The notes beneath the pieces are model-generated. The model was not told the DNA's origin and ran no database searches. It was given only the letters and a program-made list of their open reading frames with translations. Positions 42,038 to 51,805 of a stretch of 64,000 nucleotides of DNA are shown piece by piece. Position 1 is the stretch's first letter; each line of letters begins with the position of its first letter. The position numbers and the translations under genes are program-made. The DNA comes from an uncultured Verrucomicrobiae bacterium (lineage in GTDB: Bacteria > Verrucomicrobiota > Verrucomicrobiia > Chthoniobacterales > UBA10450): assembly GCA_963735805.1 (NCBI GenBank), contig CAVTMK010000002.1:1312001-1376000 (forward strand). The letters are read 5' to 3'.

Positions 42038-42306
42038 AAATCGTTTCGGCTTGAGCTCTGGCTTGAAATCCGTGCTTCAGTTTTTCCGCACTCGTAAGCA
42101 CAGCTGCCGAACGCAATTGCCCAGAACAGCAGCCAGCCGACACCGCCGGAGTACGCACAGACGAGCATGTTAAAAAACAACGGGATTAGCAAAAGCTGCG
42201 AGCCTACGACTTTACAGTCTGTCAGGTTTTTCATTTGGACTTTGCTTCCCTTTTTTGGTCTGACGCCGCATCCCTGCGGGCAATTCAGCCAAACAGTGGG
42301 TTTCAT
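42034..42306 (-). CDS. Small hypothetical membrane protein
   Basis: 4-nt overlaps with both neighbours; hydrophobic segment. Confidence 0.45.
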   Translation of the reverse strand: MKPTVWLNCPQGCGVRPKKGSKVQMKNLTDCKVVGSQLLLIPLFFNMLVCAYSGGVGWLLFWAIAFGSCAYECGKTEARISSQSSSRNDL

Positions 42307-42542
42307 CGGCGCGGTCTTACGCCGACCAGGTTGTCGCCTTCGAACATCAGTCCGTTACGGTAGATGTCGATCTCGCGTTTGCCGATGATCAAACGAGACG
42401 TGGGTGTGCCTGACACTTGCCCGGCTTCCTGCCGCCGCAGGATGTAGTTGCGGTTGCGATGGCGCGGCTCGGCGCGGCTCGGCTCGGCTTGGGCCATCCC
42501 TAGCGTCACCGCGATTAGCACTGCTATTGCGATTGTTCTCAT
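42303..42542 (-). CDS. Small secreted hypothetical protein
   Basis: Signal peptide MRTIAIAVLIAVTLGMAQA, preceded by an AAGGAA RBS. Confidence 0.55.
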   Translation of the reverse strand: MRTIAIAVLIAVTLGMAQAEPSRAEPRHRNRNYILRRQEAGQVSGTPTSRLIIGKREIDIYRNGLMFEGDNLVGVRPRR

Positions 42543-42772
42543 CGTGTTCCTTTCTGTTGTTGAGGTTTGGATTGTCGTTTTCTTACGGATAAGCGAGCCT
42601 TTAGCAGCTTCCTTCATGCATTGCGTAGTTGACGTTCAAACCATCGCATCTTTGGTCATTGTGCCGCGCATGCTAGACCACGGCCCCCGTCATCATGTTT
42701 TGCGAGCAGATCGGACCGAGTGCGTTTCGGCTTGGTTTCGCCACCAACGTCGAACCGATTGGATGACGTCGA

Positions 42773-42949
42773 TTATTGCGTTTCATTAATTTTCCTCCGA
42801 TTGCGGGTTCTAAAATCGGCAATCCACGCCCTGATCTCGAATGCCTCCTGTCTTCTGCCGTTTCTCTCATGGATGTCGGCTTGCCATCGAAGCATATCGA
42901 GCTGGTGATGCTCGTATTCCGCCACCGTCTGCTCACTTGTTGAATTCAT
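42773..42949 (-). CDS. Small hypothetical protein
   Basis: Read by hand, 58 aa: MNSTSEQTVAEYEHHQLDMLRWQADIHERNG... Confidence 0.35.
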   Translation of the reverse strand: MNSTSEQTVAEYEHHQLDMLRWQADIHERNGRRQEAFEIRAWIADFRTRNRRKINETQ

Positions 42950-43203
42950 GTTGTATAAGTTTACGGCCCCGCTTACTGGGTGCGCCTTTTATGCGCGTTG
43001 CTGGCGCGTTTCACTTCCTTCTCCGAAACGATGAGACAGAGTTTTCGGAAGAGTTAAAGATTTTCGTTACCTGTCGATTCGTCGGAAATCAAACATCGCG
43101 TTGCCCGATTATTGTGCGGTTACCCGTTCTTAATCCAGTTGAGCAATACCATGTAGCGCCGATCGATAATCATGTGCATGTAAGCACGTGTGCGGGATGA
43201 ACT

Positions 43204-43443
43204 TCATGGCCGCATGTTGTCGAGTTGTGTTTGCGCCTGCTTCAACCGCTGGCGCAAGCCCTTGATGTATTCATCGTCAGGTTCGCGCTCTTGTTGGTGC
43301 ATTTCCAGCAATGCCCGTAAGACTTCGACGCGGTGCTTTTTCTCCATCACACGTTCAGCGTGTTCAAACTCGCGTACAACAGCCCTGTATCGGGCTTTTG
43401 TCGCTGCTGGTCCTTGGTTGTTATCTGCTGTTTTAATAGTCAC
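43204..43443 (-). CDS. Small helical hypothetical protein
   Basis: 79-aa charged helical ORF with a 4-nt overlap to the upstream ORF. Confidence 0.5.
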   Translation of the reverse strand: MTIKTADNNQGPAATKARYRAVVREFEHAERVMEKKHRVEVLRALLEMHQQEREPDDEYIKGLRQRLKQAQTQLDNMRP

Positions 43444-43628
43444 TTCGTCATTTGCTTGAGCAGCTTGATTTGCTCATTCATTTTTGCCCACACGATGAGT
43501 GGGAAGATTGTCCACACAACAATCAGCATTGCGCTGAATCCTATCGCCGCTAGCATCGCAATTCCGAAAAACGTACCTGCGCCAGTGGCAGCATCGGCTG
43601 CTTGTGTTACCGCAATCATGGTTATCAT
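43440..43628 (-). CDS. Small single-TM hypothetical protein
   Basis: 62 aa with a hydrophobic helix; first ORF of the leftward cluster. Confidence 0.5.
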   Translation of the reverse strand: MITMIAVTQAADAATGAGTFFGIAMLAAIGFSAMLIVVWTIFPLIVWAKMNEQIKLLKQMTK

Positions 43629-43808
43629 TTTATTGCGTTTTCTGTTGTTGGTTGTGACGCTGAAGCCTCCGCCTCATAATATTACTCCTAACATACGTAT
43701 GATTGGCGCATGTCAAGCGACACATTTGACGCCGACGTTTTTTGGGCCTATAGAATCCTTGCTTTCAGCCTGCGTGCTGGCCTATGAACGAGGTGTAAAA
43801 AGGTGCCA

Positions 43809-44102
43809 ATGCCAAAGTCCAAAAAGAACAAGAACAAATCGAAGCTCAACCTGACGGTACGCGAGGAGCAACGAAACAAACTGGAACAAATGGCAGCTTT
43901 AGAGAGCCGTTCTGTCTCCAATCTTATCGAGGTTATGGCCGATGAGCGTTGGGAGCGATTGGCCGAGCAGCAGGGGATTGCTTACGCTAAAACTGTCGCG
44001 GAGGCGATGAACCTTAAACTCGACATGGATAATCCAGCAGACCGCGAGAAATTGCGCCGAGCAATTCTCGGTCTTGTCGCCGAGAGAAAAATGCCAAAAT
44101 AA
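43809..44102 (+). CDS. Ribbon-helix-helix (Arc/CopG-like) DNA-binding protein
   Basis: 'SKLNLTVREEQRNKLEQMAALESRSVSNLIE' fits the RHH beta-alpha-alpha pattern. Confidence 0.65.
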   Translation: MPKSKKNKNKSKLNLTVREEQRNKLEQMAALESRSVSNLIEVMADERWERLAEQQGIAYAKTVAEAMNLKLDMDNPADREKLRRAILGLVAERKMPK

Positions 44103-44325
44103 AAACGGCACGATTTGAAATTCTCTCGCTGTGGGTGTACTCGACGAGACTTTCGGATGAGCATCACCGAGCTGTAAGACTCTTTGAAATCATAGCCGAG
44201 ACGACGAAGCCGAAAAATTAAAGCTGGATCGGTGCTACGGGCTTGGCATCACGCCGTTCTCTAGGCTTAAAGGAATTTTCCATGCTTCCGGTTCCACCGG
44301 CGCGATGCCCGGGCCATTCCGTCGA

Positions 44326-44356
44326 TAGGACTAAAGGCCCATGGCCTAAGGTCCCA
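44326..44356. promoter_or_regulatory. Tandem pair of 16-bp operators
   Basis: TAGGACTAAAGGCCCA overlapping ATGGCCTAAGGTCCCA by one base, then TAGACA-N17-CAAACT. Confidence 0.65.
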
Positions 44357-44507
44357 TAGACAGCTGTCGGGATTTCTTACAAACTCTTTGTTGTCTGGAA
44401 CGGGGGTCATGGCAGAAAGCCTGTCTCCCCGGAGCTTTCTTCCCCTTTTCTGGAGCCGCGGCGAAGGGTCAACCCACCGGGGGTAAATCAAAGAAAGCAA
44501 AACGAAC

Positions 44508-45752
44508 ATGAAACCTCAACACTCAGTTCACATTCTTATGGCGATTGTCTGCATCGGGCTTTCACCGCAAACCCGGGCAGTCGATCCACCGCACACACCG
44601 GATCCGCCTCCTCTCCCGATAAGCAACACGGCCGATGGGCTAAGCGCTCTTGCTGGCCTAGCCGGCGGTATATACAACTCGGCATTCGGTATATACGCGC
44701 TCCTAAGTAACGGCGCGGCCGACTTCAACACTGGTATCGGCGCTGGCGTGCTGCTAAGCAACACCGCGAATGAACAAACGGCCGTTGGCGCAGGCACACT
44801 TTTAACCAATACCAGCGGTGAGAACAATACCGGTTGCGGCACATTCGCGCTGTTCACGAACTCGACAGGTGGGTTCAACAATGCTGTCGGCGCTAACTCG
44901 CTCCTTTTCAACGTGGATGGGAGTGGCAACAACGCCCTTGGCGAGAGCGCGCTGTTTAGCAATATCCACGCCTCTTTCAACACGGCCATCGGCGATACTG
45001 CGCTTTTCAACAATGACTCGAGCGGACTCGGCATTGGCGTCCACAACACGGCAGTTGGCGATCGTGCGCTCTTTAGTAACACTGATTCCTTTAATAACAC
45101 CGCAGTGGGGTCGCTCGCGCTCATGGGTAATGACTCCGCGGCCGCCGCCACTGCCAACAACAACACGGCAGTTGGCTCGCGGGCGCTCAGAGACAACATT
45201 AATGCGACTTCAAACACCGCCGTGGGGTCCCTCACGCTCCAAAATAATGACAACACCGGAAACGGCACTGCTTTCGCCAACACGGCAGTTGGCTTTCAGG
45301 TGCTTTTCACTAACACTGATGGCGGTTTCAACACCGCCATTGGTTATCAAGCGCTCATGAATAGCACCGGAACCGGTAACACGGTCTTGGGAGCGAGTGC
45401 CGGCAGTGGTGTCACCACGGCCAGTAACGTTATAGCGATCGGTTCCGTGGGTGCTGACGTGAGCAACAGCTGCTTTATCGGCAACATCTCGGGTGTAGCA
45501 GTCACCGGTGACCCGGTTGTGGTGGATGGAAACGGCCAGCTTGGCGTTGCCCCCGCGGGATCGCCTCTGTCGGCAAACGAGTTGCTCAAACAGCAGCGCG
45601 TTGTGCAGGAATTGAAGGCCACAACTGAAAGACAAGCGGCAGTGATCGCTTTGCAGGAAGGGCAAATTAAAGCCCTGACCACGGGCCTGCAGAAAGTGAG
45701 CGCGCAGCTTGAAACAAGCAAAACCGCGCCCCGAGTAGTCAACAATCCCTAG
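44508..45752 (+). CDS. Secreted beta-roll repeat protein (NTAxG repeats) with a C-terminal coiled coil
   Basis: Signal peptide; about 15 repeats of ~17 aa 'NTA(V/I)G..AL..N'; C-terminal 'IKALTTGLQKVSAQLE'. Confidence 0.8.
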   Translation: MKPQHSVHILMAIVCIGLSPQTRAVDPPHTPDPPPLPISNTADGLSALAGLAGGIYNSAFGIYALLSNGAADFNTGIGAGVLLSNTANEQTAVGAGTLLTNTSGENNTGCGTFALFTNSTGGFNNAVGANSLLFNVDGSGNNALGESALFSNIHASFNTAIGDTALFNNDSSGLGIGVHNTAVGDRALFSNTDSFNNTAVGSLALMGNDSAAAATANNNTAVGSRALRDNINATSNTAVGSLTLQNNDNTGNGTAFANTAVGFQVLFTNTDGGFNTAIGYQALMNSTGTGNTVLGASAGSGVTTASNVIAIGSVGADVSNSCFIGNISGVAVTGDPVVVDGNGQLGVAPAGSPLSANELLKQQRVVQELKATTERQAAVIALQEGQIKALTTGLQKVSAQLETSKTAPRVVNNP

Positions 45753-45789
45753 AGCTGCGCCCGTTCCAATACGGCAAAACATTACAATC

Positions 45790-45826
45790 AGCCGCCATGC
45801 TTCAGCGCGTGGCGGCTTTTTGTTTC
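45790..45826 (+). terminator. Rho-independent terminator
   Basis: AGCCGCCATGC-loop-GCGTGGCGGCT followed by TTTTGTTT. Confidence 0.85.
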
Positions 45827-45925
45827 ACGCTTATGGTTCTTTGAACTCGCCTTTGTGCCTGCGTACTTGGATCAGTTTGCCATTGGCCGCAAGATAGTCG
45901 CGGCTAAAAACTCTCGCGCCTGACC

Positions 45926-47545
45926 GTGCCTTTCGATATTAATAACTTTCTGCAAAACAAGAACCTAAACCACCTCGACTGCCAATCCATTCTCTATTGT
46001 TTTAAGCAATGCGTCTGTGGGCTGCTGATTGCGCTTTTATTGGGTGCATGCGGCGGTCTCCCGAAGGATGGCGGGCGAACAGTTTCCGCCGCCATGACAG
46101 ACAACGGGCGTACAGGCCTGGCTAGGGCGGTGCGGCCCCGGGTCGTGGCGCATATAGGCCAGTCAGGCCTCCACCCACTTGCTGACGGACGTGAGGCACT
46201 GGCGTCGCGGCTAGCCTTAGCGGATGCTGCTCAACGGAGCCTCGATGTGCAGTATTTCATCTGGAATAAGGACATGACAGGCAAGGTCCTTCTCGAGCAT
46301 CTGCTCCGCGCGGCCGACCGCGGTGTACGTGTGCGCCTCTTGCTGGACGATCTCGGCACGGCGCCATCAGACGCAGTCCTGCTGGCCATCGATAGTCATC
46401 CAAATATCGAGGTGCGCATGTTCAAACCCGTGGTCCTGCGTTCGCCCCGGTTGCTCGGCATAATTGTCGACTTAGGACGATTAAATCAGCGGATGCACAA
46501 CAAGTCTTTCACTGCCGACGGGCAGGTTGCCATCGTCGGCGGCCGCAATATCGGCGACGAATATTTCGGAGCGCACGAGGCGATGAATTATGCCGATTTC
46601 GATGTAGCGGTCATCGGGCCCGTGGTAAAAGAAGTGTCCGACGAATTCGATCTTTATTGGAATAACCAGGCTTCGATCCCGATCGCCGCTCTTACTCGAC
46701 AAAACACGACGCCCAAGCAGTTGGCCGAGAAGCGAGTTGCACTCACCGAATATCACACGACTGCTGAGCGTTCCGCCTATGCAGCGACCGTGCGCGACAA
46801 TGAATTTGCCCGGCAACTCCGGCGCCGAAATGTTTCCTATTTCTGGGGGCGGGCCACGATCGTCGACGACCATCCCGACAAGGTGGCCACGTCCGCTGCC
46901 AACATTGAGACGCACCTCGCGCCGCAGTTACGCGACGTCGTCGGTAAAACAAAACGGGAGTTGTTCCTGGTCTCGCCTTACTTCGTACCGGGCAAGCAGG
47001 GCGTCGATCTTCTCGCGGGCGTGCACTAGCGCGGCGTGCGCGTTGTGGTGATCACTAATTCTCTGGCATCCACGGACGGGGTGATGGTCCACTCCAAATA
47101 CCAGCTCTACCGCAAGCCGCTCCTCGAAGCCGGTATAGAACTGTATGAGATTAAGCCGACCGCCGGCGCCCTTCACGAGCGGCGAGCGGGCAGCTTTCGC
47201 GGGCCGAGCGGGTCGGGGAGTGCGGGCTTGCATGCGAAGACATTCACATTCGACCGCCGGATTGGCTTTATCGGCTCGTACAATCTCGATCCGCGCTCGA
47301 GCAAACTGAACACGGAGATGGGTGTTCTCTTCAACTGTCCTGCGCTGGCGAAACGTCTGCCAGAAACGACCGAACGGGACCTCGACCGTAACGCATATCA
47401 CGTGGAACTCGACCGCAATCGCCTCACGTGGGTAACGCGCGAAGGTGACAAGCAAGTACGCTACAACTCCGAGCCCGAGGCCAGTCTTTGGATGCGTATC
47501 AAGGCCCAGGTGCTGAGTTGGCTCCCCATCGAGGGGCTGCTCTGA
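45926..47545 (+). pseudogene. Phospholipase D family (ClsC/YmdC-like) lipoprotein with an in-frame TAG at 47027-47029
   Basis: Two HKD motifs (MHNKSFTAD, LHAKTFTFD) in the same frame, separated by one amber codon. Confidence 0.85.
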
Positions 47546-47617
47546 GCATCTTGTCAAAAAACGTCGTGTGGTTGCAATTGCAGTTTCTGCGGCTGTTTGA
47601 AATCGTCCGCTTGTTGT

Positions 47618-47701
47618 GGGCGAGCGATCTGGATTGCAAACGCACATCGCGATGCCGGGAAGCGCTTCGGCGTGCAGTCAGATGAAATTCTGACCGCGTT
47701 T
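47618..47701 (+). repeat. Degenerate copy of the dispersed small-ORF repeat
   Basis: Encodes GRAIWIANAHRDAGKRFGVQSDEILTAF; DNA similar to 50589-50675. Confidence 0.6.
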
Positions 47702-47798
47702 GGTGGCGCTCCATGTCAGGCTACGCCCTACAAAGTATTCAGGTATTGTAGTAATCTTTTTTCGTGACAAATGGAGGATTTCAGGTTGAAATCTCTTT

Positions 47799-47925
47799 TG
47801 CAACAAACTGCGAGCACTCAGCGGTGCGGAGAGGCGGGTATTGGACACCGTGCTGATTCATAACGCCGCGCAAGGTTAAGGTCCCCGTTTAATTTTTGTC
47901 CCTCGCAGTTTGTTGCACTTTTTTT
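47799..47925 (+). ncRNA. Candidate small RNA closed by a perfect 16-bp stem
   Basis: TGCAACAAACTGCGAG (47799-47814) pairs with CTCGCAGTTTGTTGCA (47902-47917); upstream GTGACA-N17-TGAAAT; downstream T7. Confidence 0.5.
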
Positions 47926-48118
47926 CGTGACAAAGCGCCATCCCAACTAAAGCGTTGCATTGTGCGTGCCAATGAAAAGTTGACGGCGTTAGTTGAACTT
48001 GAAGAAATCATCCGTCATGCTCGAAGCTGAGAACTGATTCAGTTCGACTTAAACTGAAAGAAAGATACGATCTCTGCAGGGCGGACGGAGAAACAAGGAG
48101 ATCAACGATATCAACGAC

Positions 48119-48421
48119 ATGACGACAAAAGCCTTATTTGTTAGACTCGAGGCTAAAGCCGGCAAAGAAAACGAAGTCGCTAAATTCCTGCGAGACGCGC
48201 AAGGCTTGGTTGCACAAGAACCCGCGACAACTGCGTGGTTCGGCATAAGACTTGGCCAAACTACCTTCGCTATCTTCGACGCATTTCAGGATGACGCCGG
48301 ACGCGACGCGCATCTGTCGGGGAAGGTTGCCAAGGCGCTGATGCAGAAAGCGCCCGAGCTATTAGCAGAGCCACCGACGATTGAGAAGGTCGACGTATTG
48401 GCAGACAGGCTGCCGGGTTAA
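48119..48421 (+). CDS. Antibiotic-biosynthesis monooxygenase (ABM) family protein
   Basis: 'LEAKAGKENEV', 'EPATTAWF', 'IFDAF...GRDAHLSG'. Confidence 0.85.
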   Translation: MTTKALFVRLEAKAGKENEVAKFLRDAQGLVAQEPATTAWFGIRLGQTTFAIFDAFQDDAGRDAHLSGKVAKALMQKAPELLAEPPTIEKVDVLADRLPG

Positions 48422-48479
48422 TCGACCTAAAGTTACGGTTCTTGGCCTTTTGGCGCGCCGAAGCTCTCGTTTTGGTAGT

Positions 48480-48981
48480 TCAACAGAGCGATCTCTGTTC
48501 TTTGGCCGGAACGCCATTTCCCGTCCTGGCATACTTTGAGAGCGAGGAGCCATTTGTGTGGTTATCGTTTACCGAGCGCCCTTCATCAGCGTCAATGAAT
48601 TGAAACATTGTCTGGATCTCAGACCTGGAAACCATGCCTTCTTTTTTTTTCTCGGTTTCCAGCGTCTCCGAAAGTTCGTCATTCCAACCTCGTTTTCGCA
48701 TGAATTCATTCCACATATGAATCTCACCCTCGGACGGTCGATGTCCCATCGCAAAACACGACTGCAAAATTGCGCGCGTCGCTGAGGCCGTGGTTCACGT
48801 AGTCGACTACTAGCTCGTATCTTACTCGGAGAAAGGTTGCGCAATCTTCGTCAAAACCTTTTCCAAGGTTCAGTTCATATTCGAGAGGCAATTCTCCTTT
48901 GTTATGCCGACGGATTTTGTCCAGCATTCGGCCGAAATAAAACAAGCCGCCCACCTTGTCGTAGGGACTACGAAGACCCAT
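48480..48981 (-). pseudogene. DUF5069-family protein, frameshifted near 48775
   Basis: 'LRSPYDKVGGLFYFGRMLDKIR' and 'WNEFMRKRGWND..FIDADEGR' lie in adjacent frames. Confidence 0.75.
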
Positions 48982-49272
48982 GTCTCTCACACGACAGCCC
49001 ATTTTCACGAACCTCCCGGAATTACTGAAAGTTATTAACAGTTCTTCACAAACCCTTGCAAGACTATTTTTCGGCCGCAATCACGCTGTCCTCTGCAGAC
49101 GGAGTCGACGAGTCGTTCTTTACTGCAATGGGGTTTTGCCGCGAGCGCTTCGAGATCGGCGAGGTGATTCGAACATGATTGGCGGCGACTTGGTTCGCCA
49201 CACTCAAAGAAATGCAACTGCGGCATTTCGTTATTGCCGTGTGGAGATCAAAAAAGGCACAATTCGCCGCGC

Positions 49273-50484
49273 GTGAAATCCAACGTCACTGAACCCGCAG
49301 AATCCTTCTCGGGGGAACTACCTGATTTCTCACTGATCCTCGGCGGACCGCTCTTTCAGCTTCTCCGGCGCGCGCATCTCTGTGGCGACGTGGCTGAATT
49401 GGTGTGGCGTCGTGTGATCGCCTTGGCACTCATTGCGTGGCTTCCGTTGCTGATTCTCTCGATAACCGAAGGACACGCATGGGGCGATAGCGTCAAGGTG
49501 CCGTTCCTATTCGACGTGGACGTGCATGCGCGATTTCTGCTCGCGCTTCCATTGCTCGTTATGGCGGAACTCGTGGTTCACCGGCGGATGCGCCTCGTGG
49601 TGGGGACGTTTGTGAAGCGCAGCTTGGTGCCTGCCGATGCACGCTGGAGGTTTGACGCAGCCATCGCCGCGGCGATTCGCCTGCGCAATTCCGTGCTGGC
49701 GGAGGTGCTCCTCATCGCGCTCGTCTACGGAGTCGGCGTTCTGTTCATCTGGCGGACGAACGCGGCCATGGATTTGCCCACATGGTATGGGATGGGGCTG
49801 ACTGGGAAACTGCAACCGACGCTCGCCGGTTGGTGGCTTGGCTGCGTGAGTCTGCCTCTTATCCAGTTCATTCTCCTGCGATGGTATTTCCGGCTGCTCA
49901 TCTGGACGCGGTTTCTTTGGCACGTGTCGCGGATCGACCTGCGTCTTGTGGCTATTCATCCCGACCGCGCCGGCGGCCTCGGTTTTCTTTCCACCATCAC
50001 CTACGCCTTCGCTCCCTTACTTGCGGGCCAGGGAGTGCTCCTAGCCGGCGTGATGGCGAATAAGATCTTTTACGCAGGCGCGAAGCTGACCGACTTCAAG
50101 TTGGAACTCCTGGCGATGGTTATTATGATGCTGTTCTTCGTACTCGCGCCGCTGCTGGTGTTCACTCCTCGCCTGGCTCGCACCAAGCGCTTGGGTTTGG
50201 TGGAATATGGCGGGCTTGCCCAGCGTTACGTGCGGGAGTTTGACCAGAAATGGTTGCGCGGAGGTGCGCCGGTCGAGGAACCGCTGGTGGGCAGCGCTGA
50301 TCTCCAGTCGCTGGCCGATCTGGGCAACAGCTTTGAAATCGTGAAGGGCATGAAGCCCGTGCCGTTCGGCAAGGAGACGCTGCTGCAACTGGCCGTAATC
50401 TCGCTCGCGCCTGTGGCGCCGCTCGTCCTAACAATGATTCCGTTAGGCGAATTGCTTGACCGCTTCCTGCACGTCGTCTTCTAA
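49273..50484 (+). CDS. Polytopic membrane protein of unknown function
   Basis: Many TM helices, 'HPDRAGGLGFL', 'DLQSLADL'; GTG start chosen. Confidence 0.8.
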   Translation: MKSNVTEPAESFSGELPDFSLILGGPLFQLLRRAHLCGDVAELVWRRVIALALIAWLPLLILSITEGHAWGDSVKVPFLFDVDVHARFLLALPLLVMAELVVHRRMRLVVGTFVKRSLVPADARWRFDAAIAAAIRLRNSVLAEVLLIALVYGVGVLFIWRTNAAMDLPTWYGMGLTGKLQPTLAGWWLGCVSLPLIQFILLRWYFRLLIWTRFLWHVSRIDLRLVAIHPDRAGGLGFLSTITYAFAPLLAGQGVLLAGVMANKIFYAGAKLTDFKLELLAMVIMMLFFVLAPLLVFTPRLARTKRLGLVEYGGLAQRYVREFDQKWLRGGAPVEEPLVGSADLQSLADLGNSFEIVKGMKPVPFGKETLLQLAVISLAPVAPLVLTMIPLGELLDRFLHVVF

Positions 50485-50513
50485 TTGATCAGTAAGAAGT
50501 TTGGTGTAGTCCC

Positions 50514-50695
50514 ATGAAGTAATGGAAAGTCATAGCTGACAATCTCAAAAAGACGCTTTGCGGCACTGTCTTAACGGCTAATTCCAATTGGCGAGCGACC
50601 TGGATTGCTAACGCTCATCGGGGAGACGTGAAACCGTTTCGTTGTTTCACGTGGACGAAAAATCGACGGCGTTTCTGGAACGTGAATCAGTGATT
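50514..50695 (+). pseudogene. Near full-length degenerate copy of the dispersed small-ORF repeat
   Basis: MK*WKVIADNLKK...WIANAHRET*NRFVV/HVDEKSTAFLERESVI: two stops and a frameshift. Confidence 0.6.
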
Positions 50696-50790
50696 TGGTT
50701 GCGCGATTGCGCTTGACGAGCAGACCGGATTTTCTGCAAACTCAGCGTCGCTAAACGCATCTGAATCAGGCGAACAGAAGGAGCCGAAGT

Positions 50791-51120
50791 GTGAAACAGA
50801 TAATACTACTAATAATAGCCGGGCTTGTTGTGTCAGGCTGTTGTTCGACGGGGAATGAAATTCAACGTTTATCCACTTCCGATCTGCAACTGCGGCGCTA
50901 CGAACTTAATTATTGCTTGAGCATGACACGCAGGAGTCGGGACAGGCAACCGTGGCAGAGCAACGCCTATAATGACGTCAACGCCGACCTCGAAGAAAAG
51001 GAAGCCATCGAGCGAGAAATTACACGACGTGGCGTGACGGATTATCACTGGCCATCTTGGGTGACATACCAGTACGTACCTAATCATTGTCATTGCCAAT
51101 GTTGGGTTGTTACCCTTTGA
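50791..51120 (+). CDS. Hypothetical lipoprotein
   Basis: AAGGAG RBS, lipobox 'VSGC', upstream TTGACG...CAAACT promoter-like sequence. Confidence 0.6.
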   Translation: MKQIILLIIAGLVVSGCCSTGNEIQRLSTSDLQLRRYELNYCLSMTRRSRDRQPWQSNAYNDVNADLEEKEAIEREITRRGVTDYHWPSWVTYQYVPNHCHCQCWVVTL

Positions 51121-51337
51121 AATCGGTAAAAAGAGAGCGACATATTACGGACGAGGGGTCATTTTTTACCTCTGGGGGAGACAATTGAGTGGCTGAACTT
51201 GCCCGGTTAGATGACGAAAGACTGATCGTTTCTTGTCCTACTCCTAACGGGAAAGAGATTACGGACTGACCTCGATGCTGGAAAAGCGCCGATGCGATGG
51301 ACTCGGCAATTCATGGTCAGGCCTCTGGCCTAACAAG

Positions 51338-51805
51338 TTATTCTTTGTCGTAAACTGCGGTGTTCGTAAACCTTTTCCCCTTCGCAGTGGTTCCGTTTAG
51401 ATTCACGACGCGGCTTTTTCCATCGGCAGACACGGCGATCCGGCCCTGGGCCACAATCTTGCCGCTCTTTTTGACGATCATATTGAGGGTATGATCATTT
51501 AGCTTCGTGTAGGAACGCATATCCGAATTGGGATCGCCGCTGACTTGGTAATCTTTGCCGTTGAATCTTCCTCTCCACTCACTATGGACAGGCTTTCCGT
51601 CTGCATCGACGCCGTCACCCGTCACAGTCACCTTGTCGCGGATTAGACGACTGTTATAGACGACCTTGGTATTCTTACCGGTGCCGCGTGTCAGCTTCGA
51701 CTTCGATTCGTTGAGCTTCCACGTGCCCTCGAAAGGATCAGCCGCGTATAACGTCCCGGCGGCCAAAATTAAACCCAAGCTTAGTGCGATGGTTTTGATT
51801 CTCAT
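51338..51805 (-). CDS. Secreted lipocalin-like beta-barrel hypothetical protein
   Basis: Signal peptide, 'DPFEGTWKLN', 'VSADGK'. Confidence 0.7.
   Translation of the reverse strand: MRIKTIALSLGLILAAGTLYAADPFEGTWKLNESKSKLTRGTGKNTKVVYNSRLIRDKVTVTGDGVDADGKPVHSEWRGRFNGKDYQVSGDPNSDMRSYTKLNDHTLNMIVKKSGKIVAQGRIAVSADGKSRVVNLNGTTAKGKRFTNTAVYDKE

Noticed and set aside
44400..44490. Possible riboswitch in the leader of the beta-roll gene
   Set aside because: Some pairing potential (CCCCGG/CCGGGG), but it is a single copy with no recognisable consensus.
47027..47029. Amber recoding (pyrrolysine or alternative genetic code)
   Set aside because: TAG is the ordinary stop of several intact genes here (7114-7116, 8667-8669, atpG), and no pyl genes are visible.
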